A stretch of DNA of 64,000 bases from Azolla caroliniana (GCA_043228905.1 JBHGNT010000005.1:20212001-20276000), one strand, 5' to 3'. Shown: positions 27,047 to 44,870, counted from the first letter of the stretch. Made by a program: numbers and translations. Notes: generated from the letters alone by a model not told the origin.

Positions 27047-30005
27047 CCTTTAATGTCAAACCCTCCTAATCCTTATAGAAAGATAAGACCCTGATGGAAC
27101 AGAAATAAATCACTCATTACAATTTAAGATGAACATGAACATGCTACAAAATGGAAAGTGTGGTTGTTAAGGAAAATTGGCTACATTCTACGAAATATAA
27201 AATAAGTCTAATGAATTGTGTGTGTGCACACATCTCTCTTTCGAACTTTTGGGGTTGTGAATCATGTGGCAGGTGTCATGTATGTGCATTACTCAATATA
27301 CGTACAACCTAACAAACATTGTTACTCAACTAACTCCAAAAGACAATTTAACAAAATCACTATTTCCCGATGCATTTATTTATACTAGGCTGTTTTCCAT
27401 GGCTCTCTACTAGATACATCTCTCTATGCAAATTCGTCATTTGTTGTTATAGTTTTATCGTAAGCATTATTCTTGCAATACAAAAATAATAGGGCTTTAC
27501 CAATACCCTGTGAGAATAGAGTTGAGGGAGAAGCCCCATTTGTAAATCTTCCATTAAGGATGGAAGGGAGAGTAACTTGTTGAATTGTTTATGACGCTTT
27601 GATAGTGTTATTAAATGACCTCCCGTACTTCAATTTGCACAATTTCTCTCTCCAATGCCTAAAGAGCTCATTTATTAAAATGCCGAGATGACATTTTAGG
27701 CATTAGTAAGGAGTACGTATCTCTAACAAAATTTCTTGTTTTCCAAATATGTCTTTCTTCGTGAGGGTTCATTTGTTTGTACTTGGCATTATCCTTGGGA
27801 CAAAGAAAAGATAAATTTAAAAATATGTATTGAATTAAGGCTTCTCGATAACATAGTACATTTTATCCACATTTTCTTAGGGCAAAGGGGAGTGATTGCA
27901 TAGCAGTGTCTAACATCCATAAAAATTTAAAACTTCAAGTAATAATGGAATAACGTGCGACATGTTCTAATCTCAAAGAAGCTTTTGGGAGCTATTGAAT
28001 GAGTTATGAATTTTGGATTTTCACAATCTCCTAATGAGTAGAGTGTTAAAGTTGTTTATTATGGTCCATCCCAAGTGATTTGGACCCATATCCAAACTTA
28101 AGGGCACCGCCTAATAAATGGCATATTAGTATCTAACAAAAATTATAGTAGTGGTTATGTTATTTTATCACTACTATTTATGAATATATAAAATTTGGAA
28201 TATGATTCAAGCCCTTGAATGAGGTTGGAGAAGCTCTTCGCAAGAGCAAATTAAAATATAGCCATGATTGTCCTACCATAACTTTGACAAAAACAAATGT
28301 AGAAGGATTTTTACTTCCTTGTCTCTTACATGGGTGTAATGTGATTTTTGTATATTATCTGCGTGGTCTTGCCATCAAGTTAGCTTGTGCATGTACGATT
28401 TCTTCTTCCCCCTTATTAAAGAAACTCATAAGACTTCCCAACTTCTTACATGGGTATAGAGTTATTTTCAGCTAGATTTCCGATTCTATTCACATGTTCT
28501 TGCCATCAATATAGCTTGTGCATGTTGAGTTTCTTCTTCTCTCTCATTAAAGAAAGCCACAAGACATGGAGAAGTGGAGCTAAAGAGTACAATAATAAGC
28601 AAATAAGTTGACGTACACTTTAGCATTGTAAAGTAATTGCTCTTTAATTGCTTGGGAAGAGAGAACGATTGTTTAAATGGTTTCCAAACATACAGGTGCC
28701 ATGAAAATGTTGAGGGCTTGAGAAAGGATAAAAAAATTGGGGTGAAACAAGCAAGCCCACATGAATAGAAACTTTGGACCACATGAAGACCTTTTTCTGT
28801 TTTTGGAGCACACTAGCTTAGTACAACCATTTGGCTATAAATGACAAAAGAGCAATAACACAAGGTGACAACCATGCAAAGACAAGTTTTCAAAAAACGA
28901 CCTACTTGTGGTCAAGAACTCCAAATTAAGCCCCATTTTATATGCATGCTTGTATTCAGGGTCTTCTTCGTCTAATTAGATAAGGTCTTTGACAACAATC
29001 CTGATACTTAGCTTTTATTGTTAAGTTGGTTAGTTGTTCAACGGGGGTTACTACACATTTGAATCAGGCATTAACTCTCATGGAAAATGATGTTCCTTGC
29101 TAGTGCGCATAATGCCAATGATTTCTTAACATTTCCATATTCATACATCAAACTAGAGACATTACCCAAAGAATATCCAAAGTAAGACATGTCAAGAGAA
29201 GAATACCACAACACCACATTGAAGATGATGCAACAATGTAATGAAGAGGTAGAGAAGCAGCAGTGATACAAGACACAACAAAGATTTAAATTTCACTCGC
29301 ATGTCTTCACGTACTAATTGGAACTAGGCTTGCCTCTCTAATGGCATTGGACAGAGAGATATCTCTTACAAATTATATAGACATTCACAAGTTCCATTTG
29401 GAACAAAGGTACACTACACTAGATTAAAGCTTTTCATTAAAGAGTGATCAAGCTAAATCCCCTGCTCACACAAATGGCAATGGGATGCTTCACCAAAAGA
29501 ACAAAAAGATGTTAATGATTGTCCATTAGCAATACATGCTTCTATGTTGGTCACAAAAATGATCACTTTTGTAGCTGACGTGCATTTCAAGTTGGTTGTT
29601 AAGTTATCCTGTTGAATGCTACATTTCAACAGACATGGCTTCTTTGAAATTGGTAAAGTTTGCGCTAAGTTCACAAAAGATCAAGTTGTATATGTTTCAC
29701 TTTAAATGCTCAACCTTTCTATACACCATTTAATGGATAATCTGTAGATCGATTCACTATGCCATCTTTCAACAAAGATGATATGAAACACAGCATTTAG
29801 GTGGGGAAGAATAGCTTTGTTATTAAAACAACATTTCGAATTTGATAGTTTTCCCAACCCCTGAATCATATAAAATGAAGGGATACTCTCTTTTTCGATG
29901 ACCCTTGATGTCACAGATTGCATACAATTCATACCAAGGCATTAGAACTTGACAATATGGGCTTTCACTAACAAAATCATTGCAAACAATCCCAAATTTT
30001 CTTAT

Positions 30006-33000
30006 TTAAGCCTGCCCTAAAACACTGTTGATCTCTCCGATAATATTGATTTTACGTCCTCCATACAATGTCGAAACAATTTTCTCACAATTCTCCTTTA
30101 TTTCCCTCGTCCTCCGCACTGCAGCCTCCTGTATATGCATATAAAACATGTACAAAACCAGTATATAATCGAACAAAGGATAACAAAGCATATCCTACCT
30201 AAAATGAACCAGGAAAGTGGAGGGATGTTTCACTATTAGTTTACTAAGAAGAATAAACTGTATAGGTAGGTGTTTTATGTGCTTCAAGAGGCAAGATGTC
30301 ATCTGAAGTCATGAAAGATCAAGTGGTTGTTAACTGCCACAAATATCTATATCAGCTTTTAAGGTCATGCTTACACTTAACAGGGTAACATGGAGCATAA
30401 CAGCCCACTTCTAGGATTTGTTTGTGTTGAACATAGTGGGATTCAAAGATTGCATCCCACTATGTTCAACACAAACAAATTAATGCATCTCTAGTTCAAG
30501 CCATATTTCACTCCTAAGTTCAGTATCTAACCATAATTAGTAGTACAGCCATTACTAAGTTTGGCATGACATAGAGCTCCGGAAACTAGTATCAAATTTC
30601 CTTTATAGTGAGACTTGGCAGGACTCCCTTAAAGCCATCCTTGTATCATTTAAGACATGGGACACATCAGGAATAGCTAGTTGTGGATTGGGTAAGGACA
30701 CTTCTTCTGGCATTAAAATGAAATTGAATTGAAGTATACCCTATTACCTGTTTTGGCCATATTGCTGCCAGAGTATTTCGTAATTCTGATTGTTTCTGGT
30801 GGATCTCTCTTACATTTTCCAAGAGCTTTGACTCTTGCTGTTTTTTCTGAGTCAACGATGCTTCTAGTCGGTTCAAAAACCTGTTACACTTGTGGATGTG
30901 AGGCTCAAAAAAATAAAATTAACTCTGATCTTCCAATGAAGTTACCAAAAATAGAGTGACAAAATCGCTAGTTTTCATAATCTTCAATATAGAGATTTAA
31001 GCCAAGAACAAAAATTTACATCATCACACAGACAGGTTAGTACACACACAGCTTTTTGTATACAAGACCTGTTTTAACATTCATACAGCCAGTCATGGCA
31101 TCATCAGCATCAGCTTACAAACCTTAGGAGCTAATAAGAAGAGTTCCATATTTGATGAACATGAAGACCAAAAATAGCATAGCATAGTGTAAACTGTAAA
31201 CAAGGATAAATCAGAAATCAAAACAAAAAGGAGGAAAAATGTAGAAAAAAACAAAATAAGGCTGTTTCAGGGCATATTAATTATCCTACAGTCTTGAATA
31301 AATAAAGAAATGTAGGATTTCTTTATATGACATCAAACTTACACTCCATTTTTTTATCCAATTTGTCTCACCAGATTATATGTAGAGGAATGTGAATTGT
31401 TTAAATCCTTGAGAAACAAATTCATATTACTCCAAATTAAAGTTTGGTCATGTGATATGAATTCTATTAGATCCTTCATAAGAAATATATTCTTATCAAT
31501 CAAAATTAAACACTCAAGGTTCAGCCATGCTCAAGAGGATTAATCCTATGGTTATGCAAATATCTAAATGGACAATTATTCTTGGACTGCAAAACATACC
31601 TCTCTGAAGTAGCCATCATAATCAAATCTCGATTTCTTTTGTTAGTAAGCAAACCGATGGCTTTAGAAATTTCAGAGCACATCGCATTAAACGAGTCAAT
31701 TCCGTATTGTTGCAAGCTTCCTGGGCAGATTGCTTGGACCTGATTTTGTAGGGATGATGTTTCTTCTCTATTCATTTCTTCGATCCTAAGCACTAAGAAA
31801 GTTTGAAGCTGCCAGAACCAATCAATGCAGAAACCTTAAATAAGTTAATGTGTTTAAAAACATTTTCATCCTGTCAGGAACTGCAGGAAAAACATAAATG
31901 ATAATGTTTTTATTTTACATTAAGACCACATAGAGAACAGATTGATGCAACTGCATGAGCCACATACTCTATATCATGCCTCTACCTAGACTCGGTTCAA
32001 CATTTTGACCTGAAGCATATTGGCAAGAAGTCAGCATGCTAACTATGAGATTGCAAAAAATACTCACTTATGGCTTCTTCAACTTTCACATGCCTTGAAA
32101 CTTCAATAAATGGGCTATATAAGTAAGTGCAAAATTTACATAACGTGCTATGTTTTTAATTCATCAGACTGCTTTCTATAATCTTTTGACTCTTATGGCA
32201 TGCCATAAATACTCCCATTCAGAACTACATGATGATAATATATCTCTTAGTTTGTAATACTCCCCTTCAATTTCTTTAAGTGAAAAATTATGGAAAATAG
32301 TTAAAACCACCTTTCAGTCTGTAGAACTATAGAATCACACAGAACGAATGACTTTATCTTTCACAGGTGGTAGTAATTATAAGCTATCTTTCACAGCTAT
32401 TAAAATTTATATTATCCAAAACACCTTATAAGCTATATACTGGTATGGATAACAACTACATAGGCTTTATATCAATCTAATTACCTCTAGTAAGTCATCC
32501 AAAAGATTGTTCCGAAATTCTGTTTCCATCAATTCATTCGCAATTACCACCCGTTCCAGTACTTCGGCTGGTGAATGGCTTTCTGAAGAGAGGGGTTGAA
32601 TGTCAATATCAAGTCCAGTGCTATCCTCAATACTTATATCCCAATCGATACAAGATTCTCCACTCAACGCATTATCATTATTTCCAGTATCCCAGTGTAT
32701 TTCTGATTCCACAGATTCTCCAGTAAACATGTTATCAGTATTTCCTATATCCCATTGTATCTCAGTTTCCACTATTTCTCTGATGTCTTTGGTATCCCAA
32801 TCTATACCTCGCAAACTCTCCACTGATCCATCCTTGCTCCTTCCATTTTGTTCAGTGTGCACGCTAGTAAACTCCATTGTATGTTCTTTGCATACTTTAT
32901 CTTGAAGAGGTTGAGAAGAATTCTCAACTACACCAATGTCCCAATCAATATCCACATTAGCATTTTCTTGTACTTTGGATAACGATACATCAGAAGCTAA

Positions 33001-36000
33001 AAATTCTATACTCTCTCCAAAATTTTGTTCCAAATTGGATGTGGGTAGTGATAAATTGACTGGATCCTCGTCATTAATTAAATTTCCTGAATGAAGGGAA
33101 TTGGAATGCTTATCTCGATATGTCATTAAGCTGGATACAACTAAATCAGATTTCCCCTGGAAAAAATTTAAAATACTGTCAGAATTTTAAATGAATTCAG
33201 TGCAATGTACATTATCTTATCATCATTCAAGAAGAATATTACATTGTTACTGCTGGATGCATATGAAACAAAGGCTTGATAGCAATCTACTGCTTGACCC
33301 ATTATCTCATCACAAAGCACTTTCTCAACCTCAGCAAAGACACCATGTAAATTTTTGGTAGTCTCCAACAATTCAACCCTGATGTTTGTTCCCTGTATTG
33401 TACCCAACAAAATTCAACTGAGAAAGAAAGACATATTGACGTCTTCTAAGACATATTGATTTCTAGAAGCACTGGACTGAGGTTTACTCCATAAAAGAAT
33501 GGGTCCTCTAAATAAATTCAAATATCCCTTGTTCTGAGCCTCACTTTCACTCCCAACTCTTGGCAAGCTTGTTGATATTTTGCAGCTGCAACAGCAGCAT
33601 TCCGCTTGTACTCTGTTTCTTTCCTCTCTAAATCCCCTAACTGTTGATGGAGCTTCGTGGTCTGTTTCTTTAAATAAGGTCTGCATAATATGCATACTGA
33701 TAAAATAATTAGCTTACATGTTTCGTTGACAGAATAAAAATACATCGGATCAACAGGACAAAAATTCCTTACATTTCATAATTAACATTCTGAACCATAG
33801 TCTGTGTAGCCTCACCAAGGAAAAGTAAATCTTTCTCATATGCCCGCACAATCATGTCCCAGTCACCCTATAAAACCATATGTCAGAGAGAGTAACATCA
33901 CCCAAATAGCGTGCCACGTGATTATGCTAACATACATTATTATTCTGATATTTAAAGTTAAGCTGATGCATCAAGAACTGAAAATATACTGACATATCAG
34001 GGAAGATTGATGATGTCTATAGGAATGAAATTTGAGTTTCAAAAAATAGTGACTCTTACTGCAACACCAGAAAGTCGACCAAACAATGACCGAGCTTCAG
34101 GTTTGGCAGCAGTTAGAATGCTCAAAATCTGCTTTGCTTCAAGATATCCAACGTCTGCAGTGACAAGTAAATCAAAAAGCAACTGCCCATTAATCATGTA
34201 AACTTACTCAAAGGAGAATCAAGCAGATAAGTATAAGCCATATTTTCTTGGAATCATGGACTAGCAAATGATTAAAAATACAAATATTTATATTTTCAAT
34301 TCTTGAGATCATGATTTCAGTATTATTTACTTTGTGCTCCATACACAATTGCAGCTAGAAACGTTTGAAGAACAGGTACAGGATGAGCATACAGGTCATT
34401 AGGTCAGTACATGTTTTTAGAGCTGTTTTGTCTTCAACCTCACCATTGTTTGAGATTTGTTATGTGAGGTCTCAATTTTCTCAATTCCTCAATCTTTGGA
34501 AAGCTGTGTTAATCCTTCTGGTTTTTCAGCTTTTCAGTTTTCACTCATTTCATTTTATTTGTACTTCTCGTAGGCCTCTTAAAGGTGTCAATCCATCTTT
34601 TATTTTTACTTTTTTTCCTAACTACTTTCTAGACAATTACATGATACCAATCAACTATCATAGGTTACTCTGGCCTCTTGAGAGAGGTTAATAATTTGAT
34701 CTCATTCCCCCTCTCATACATGAGATTGAGTTTGTAACATTTTTTAGTCTCATAGGAGATTTTTTTCTTCTTGACAAAATTAATCAATCTCTCTCTTCCT
34801 CTGATACAAGACTTGAAGATTATAACTTCTTTTGAGTCACGCATGTCAGTTTGGTCTCTGACAAGACTTCAGTACAACCAATCAATCATTCTCTCTCTTC
34901 TTTTTAAGAGTGGTTAATCGTATCTGGAAAGTCTGGACACTTAGCCACCTCAGAAATAATTCCCTTGCACTGGGTAGTTCCAATTTCCAATCTGCACCAA
35001 GGGGAATTGGATCCTCTTTTCAAAAGAAGATCTCCTTTGTCTAAATAGGCCTACATCTTTTGGCAAATAACCCAGTATTAATACTATCCGAGGTATACCC
35101 TGCACAAGTCATGTTAGAATCATACATCAGTCAGGACCACCAGCAACTCTGGGGACAATTCTGCAACATGGGGAGGATTGGCTCCCCTTTTCAAAAAGCT
35201 GCTGTTTCTAGTACGCCTACACCTTCAAACAGAAACAACCATGTGTTTAACACAATCTGATATATCCCACCATAAATTCATCTTGTAAGTCTTTGATGCT
35301 CTCCAATAATCGCCACCTCGTGCTCAAGATTATAATCTTGATTGTCAATGTGGACTACCTTTGTTTCACCAACTTATGCCTTATAGGGTATGTATGCCTC
35401 TTGTGAGGTTAATATAATCAGTCGATGTATCTAACATCTCTCACCCTCTATCCGAGAAGCCTTCGGGTAACATAACGAAAGAGCAGCCATTGGACATCTC
35501 ACATTAATGCTTCTGATTTAGGATGTTATACTGTTGGCATATCCTTAACTGAGACTGAAAAAGCTTTTAGATATGTTACATACTTTCCGTAAACACAGTG
35601 GCCTTGCAGTTAGAACTACAGTCAAAACTGGGGTCAACTGCTGTCAAAACTGAAAGTCAGCAGCCAGTACTGTACACAGGAGGAAATTAAAGTGTTTCAC
35701 AGTTTCAAATAGCTTAGGGTTAACATATGCTTGGAGCATGTGTCTAACAAGGAGAATAGAAGTTTTCACAGCCCATAATACTGTTAGTCTGAAAGTCAGT
35801 AGCCAGTAGTGTACAGACGAGGCAATTGAAGTGTTTCACATTTCAAATACACTGGGGTACCTATTCAATAGACTTGAACCAGGTGCTAACTAGGAGAGTA
35901 GAAGTCAGCACAGCCCAATCCCATGAATGTGGGAAGATTCGCATTTCTAAAAACCTGGATGAAGGTCAATATAGTTTTATGCATTTAAAAAAGCTTACAA

Positions 36001-37197
36001 GTACATATCGGAAGTAAGGGTGCTGCCTCAAAATCGCCTTCCCAAAGCCCATCTGAAAAATTGGACGATTACCAACAAGAAAAGAAAATTTCTTTCATCC
36101 AGCTGGGTCCAAGACATCCAGACGTGATGTGCAAGATTGCAAGTTGAAGAATAATTGGAGGTGCACGTAGAGGAAAAAGAAAAGGAGAGGAGAACATGAG
36201 GCAATGTTCTACTCAGCTAAACTGGAAGGCTATGTGAAATGTAGAACAGCCTAACATAGATCTAAGTTTAAGTACTATTGTAGATGTATTAAGACACAAT
36301 ACATATTGGGAAAGTTACTGAGGGTAGATGGCCAATGCCAGAGCCATCTGGACACCCATGCCCAAGAGAACGAGATGCGCAATTATTACCAATGCGCAAT
36401 GCTCACACACTGAAAACAGAAACTGGGGATTGGCTAAATATTGAGCACAAAAAGAGAATATGTGACTCTTGTTGCATACACACACCAGCAAACAAGAACA
36501 TATATCACTTTGAAATGCCCCACATATGAGAACATCAGTCATTATTTTCAAGAATTCCTAATAGGTTTCAAAAAAGTCTAATGAGGACAGAACCAAGTCC
36601 AATGAAAACATTAGGAATACTCTTTGCTCGTGTACTCGACCACAGAACCATATGCAACCAGTGAAATTTAAAAACTGAGTTAGTTTTTCATTTTAGGTTT
36701 TAGTTTTTCTTCTTATTCTACCATTTTCAATCTGATCCCCCGCCTACACAGCTGGGATAGTGCTTTATAACCATTGGTCGGTCCCATGGTTCTTGTTTTC
36801 TCCCTGCTGGACATACTTAATATATCATCATCATCATCTCCCATCCATAGCACCAAAATTGTAAGCTTTTTGAGTATCTTATAGATTTGCTTTGCCTCTT
36901 CAGACACTGTAATCTCTCTCTCTTCTCTCTCTCTCTCAAAATTAAAATAAAAAATAAAAAATAGAAGAAAATAAATAAATAAAATTAAGCTAACTACAAC
37001 AATACCATACCTTCTATAGTGAGGGTTGCAAACCAAGGATTGAGATCCTTTGGGAGATTTGCGAAAGCCGATGTGATCTTAGATCTGACAGTCAGGAGGC
37101 GTTTACGCCAATCGGAAGGTATACGCTTCCGGTCGACAAGCCAATCAGAGAGCTTGGAGAAGACCACATCTATGGGTATGGCCAGATCCTCCCCCAT
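30006..37197 (-). CDS. CDK5RAP3: CDK5 regulatory subunit-associated protein 3 (C53), UFMylation-linked ER-phagy receptor; exons 37197-37011, 34154-34060, 33867-33773, 33680-33545, 33392-33243, 33156-32485, 31808-31600, 30880-30748, 30128-30006
   Basis: [35 protein letters not shown]...[28 protein letters not shown] motifs, [13 protein letters not shown]-terminal [11 protein letters not shown]; GT-AG junctions in phase. Confidence 0.93.
30416..30480. repeat. Perfect 27-bp inverted repeat (hairpin) in the last C53 intron
   Basis: ATTTGTTTGTGTTGAACATAGTGGGAT, 11-nt spacer, ATCCCACTATGTTCAACACAAACAAAT. Confidence 0.9.
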
Positions 37198-38049
37198 GTC
37201 TCTTCACCAGCACATATACCTTCTTTCTTCCTTCCTTCCTTAGCTTTCTCCCTGTCTCTGTTTCACCACTGCAAGGTATTACATGACAACCTTGATTCCT
37301 TTCACTCTGCAGAGTAGTATCGTTCCCAGCACAGAACAAATTGCACACAAGATTATGTGGATTCATAAGTATGCATCAAAATCAAAATCAAAATCATCAT
37401 CAGGTTATGAATTCAATGCATGTAGGCATGCATTACATACATACATACATACATGTTATAGACTATATACATAGTCTATAGATGAATGCAAGCTCCTCTC
37501 CTCCTCCTTGTGATGCATGTTAGTTTTTATATGGTTACTTGATTAGGTTAAGCTTCATGAGGTATACACATCACAAGGTTATTATTATGTATAGATTCAT
37601 TTACCAGGTTATACAATTAGGGCTCGCAACGTTAAGTTTAATGCATAGGGTTATAGAAATTCATAGACATATATGATTTTGGGTTGCTCGGCAAAGCATG
37701 TAAAATTCGAGAAGAGGAAGGAATTATACATATATAGAATAGAATCGAAGCTTAAGTGACAGTAAGGACCCAATTATATAGATCGTGCGGCAATCCTTGT
37801 TCTTGGAGGACAACCATTTACTCTTTGATGGGTGGGAAATGATTATGTGTTGCCCTATTGTGATCATACCTCTTCGCATAAATATGTATTTCAAGCATGA
37901 GGAAGGCAAAGATAATTGTGTGCTTCATTATTCTATTGTATTCTAGCACGTGTCCTTCCACTTGAATTAAGATTGATTAATTCTTAATTACGTGTTTGCT
38001 TGCTTTTGAGAGTTAACAACTTTGTGTGGAGTCAAAAGTATTCGCGATC

Positions 38050-39700
38050 GTAGCATCATCCAGGTGTCCTACCACGCCAGATACATTGCACCTAGGTTGG
38101 ACAAAAATCTACATATCTTGTCCTTTCCTTCTTTGAAATTAGCCCCTTGATTGTTTCTTCATGATCGTTCTCGATTTAGAAAGACTTTGAAGGGTCTGAT
38201 AATAGAAGAGTAGGAGTTTGCCATAATGCTCTTTGAGAATGTTCAATGTTGTGTTTAGTTTGTCGCATTGGGAATTTGGTGTGATTGACTTACTTGGATG
38301 ACCTTTCAAAAGATCAGTAAATGGCTAGGTCAATTTGGAATAGATCCAACAAATCCTAAAAATGATCAAAGTTCATAAATATTATGTGAAATGGACCAAA
38401 GTTTAATCTTCACAATATGGGAAGGTTCAATTTCAAGGTCATTTTTTGTAATCAAATGACCTAGGTACATAAAAATTACATTTTGAATTTTTTGCATGGA
38501 ACAAGTTGTCATGCAACTTGTGTAAAACAAATTGAACATGTTGAACATGGTCTTGCAAGGTACAACTAGTCCAAGAAAACGACAACAAAACCACTGAGTT
38601 GATCGTGAAATGTAATTGGAGCATTAGTCAATCCGAAGGGCATGATTAAAAACTCATAAAGGCCATAGCACGTACAAAAATAGGTTTTAGGAAAATCATC
38701 TTTGGCAATGTAAATCTCACAATAGCCTATTCATAAGTCAATTGTATGAAGTATTGGGTTCCATGCAAACGATCAATCAAATCATCAACACAAGGTAAGG
38801 GATACACATTTTAAATTTGCATTTTATTCAAATAGAGATAGTTAATGCACATTTGCCATGAACATTCCTTCTCCTTAACTAAAAGAATTGGTGCATCCCT
38901 AGGTGATTTACTATAACAAATGTGACCCATACTTATGTATTCCTTAAATTGCTTAGTAATCTCATCCTCTTCTAATCAACTAGAATGCTCACTAGAGCAA
39001 CACATCCAATGGGGTCGATTCGATTGTTCACATTATGTTATAGTGTTAAATTAAGTGACAATTAATTAGAAAACACGTATTGAAAAAGTTCTAAAATAGA
39101 GTCAAGTAACTATGGTTTATGATGTAGTAATTGTGTGGCATCAATATCAAAAAAATAAAATTGAGGTGTTGGATCAATTAGACACAAGTAAATGACAAGA
39201 AAGATTTGAACATTGAATAAAATCCTTATACCAGTTAAGTTAAAATGTGATTGAGTGATTAACTCAATCAATGAACAAGAGGGGATCTCATTGGAAAACC
39301 ACAGGTATCCAAAAATTACATTTGCGGATTGTAGTTTCATAACATGAAAGTCAAGCTTCTCCATAGAGGTGTCTATATGACAATTTACAAACAACTCCAC
39401 TAATGTACAAGATGCCTTCATTTGCCCGTGAACTTGATAGATATGATCACTTGCATTTATATAGAGTTTCATTTGTTGCACTTAATGATTGTTAACAAAT
39501 TTGTTAATTGAGCTATATCTTTCTATTGTTTTAGAAACTTATCATCTTTCCCATGTCATTCTCGTTATACTTTTGCCGTATCCTTGAATCTTTCATATAT
39601 CTTGAATTCAATGCATTTCTTCTTGTGAGTTGCCCACATCATGACAACATGTACTATGTCTTTATGCTCATTCGGTCTACTATTAGAGGCTAGGATTCTT
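38050..39700 (-). mobile_element. Highly degenerate Ty3/Gypsy gag-pol remnant
   Basis: Protease-like LDFHVMKLQSANVIFGYLWF; RT-like [39 protein letters not shown]; many frameshifts. Confidence 0.75.
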
Positions 39701-40233
39701 AGAGTAAACCAAGACAATATTTATGCTCTTCTTCATCGCACCACTTACTACCAATAGGGCAATCCATGTATCCAAATGGTATCAGAGGTAGAGATTGTGA
39801 TCAATCTTCTCGTAGTATTCATGGTCATCTTGTTATATTTCAAGTCCTCTTCCGGTTAATAAACAAGCAAGGCGACTTTGAATTCTCTAATGAGTGACCA
39901 ATCTTCCATGATGTAAGTGAAATGTTATGGGCGGTATTGGTAAAACCTTTTGTGGTTGCAATCACCAATGACACTTCCTAAGAGCTATGACAAATCAACA
40001 AATGGGGCATCATAATTCAAACCTCTACCCTCTCAATTATCTTCCTAGTAATAACATTGTTTCCCCTTACCAAAACATTTTATGGGAACTCTATTGCCAT
40101 GCAAAAGCACTCTAGATCTATGTTTTCTAATAGGATTGGTTGTGCCACAAATTCTTTTGCATTATTAATTCATGATGTTATTTGGACTCCACATAAGGTG
40201 GGTCCAGAATAGGCTTGTAATGCATTAGTTTGA

Positions 40234-40343
40234 GTCCCACATATAAAGGCATCATAGAATTTAAATCCTATATAAAACCATGGAAGAAGCCTTAGTCTTT
40301 GTCCCTTCGGGGACATCTGATAAAATTGGAACGATACAGAGAA
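40234..40343 (+). pseudogene. Truncated U6 snRNA copy (nt 1-43 at 40301..40343) that retains the USE and TATA promoter
   Basis: ~110 bp nearly identical to 55479..55588: GTCCCACATAT, TATATAA, then GTCCCTTCGGGGACATCTGATAAAATTGGAACGATACAGAGAA, followed by unrelated sequence. Confidence 0.9.
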
Positions 40344-41190
40344 CAAAAAAGTACATAGTGCTGGGTACAATCAAGTCTTGGACTTCGAGTAGATCCACAT
40401 ATCAAAAGATATCCAAGTTATTAGATTTAACAAGATTCAGCTCATGAGAAGGGAAAAGCGAAAGGATTGATTGCATGGGGTATATTGTAACCCCAATAAC
40501 AATGAATTGAGTTTTTAGGATTCACCATTGCATTTTGAGCTAGCCTAACAGGTTTAGGGATCAATTGGGTTCAACTTACCATTGCTGATTCCTACTAGAA
40601 ATAGAGAGCAATGTTCCAATGAAAGCAGTAAGCTAGATGGTTCAACATAAAACACAATACAAATTAAATCTATTCATCAAGCTAATGAATCTGTATCAAT
40701 GGTGATTGTGGTGGTGAACTCTAAACAAAGAATATATTATAGTGTAAATTTCAGAGTAGGTTTTGCATTAGGCCACAAACCAAATGTAGTGTCAGTTTTA
40801 AAAAAAACTTTGGGATGATACATAAAGAAGCTGCAATTAACAGAAAGATACTGGCATTGTATTGATAGAGATCCATCCAATGTGTTTGGAGCGAAAAATG
40901 ATAATATACTTTTTACATCATTTTTTTCTTCTCTTCATTTTCTTTGAAGACAATGTGAAGGTAGGAAGGGGGGGAGGGAGGGGGTTCACGTACTGTTTTC
41001 TCGTGTCACATTCTAACAGGGTCTACAAAACTGTCGATGGAACAAACAAAATATTCAAACTAATCACTAAGCCTTATTTCAGCTCCTCTGTTCCTCCACA
41101 CATCTTATTCTAGATGTTAGCTTTTTATTCTTGTCACTCCTGTCCTCGTAATGGGAGGGTGATTTAAGTTTCTTGCGATCCACTACATTT

Positions 41191-44631
<3,441 letters not shown>

Positions 44632-44870
44632 TCACACAGACACAAAAAGCAGGGGAAGACCCAAATCAGGAGAGCAGGTCCTGATTCAGCAGGAAACCCA
44701 AAAAGAGGAAGAACAGAAGGAAAAACTCTGATGAATTGCAGGCAGACAAGATCTATGGAGTTTCTATGGAGTCTCTCTAGTATCTACACACTCTAAGACT
44801 TCCTCTTGGAGAGAAGCAGAGACAGAGAGAGGAAGAGAGAGGAAGAGGCATTAAAAGAGTAAGAGGGGAG

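Noticed and set aside
34300-35520. Possible LINE remnant in C53 intron 1
   Set aside because: Only a weak SINTGL-like motif; too degenerate and rearranged to call.
39777-39787. TGGTATCAGAG PBS-like motif
   Set aside because: Opposite orientation to the adjacent Gypsy remnant, and no LTR or gag could be tied to it.
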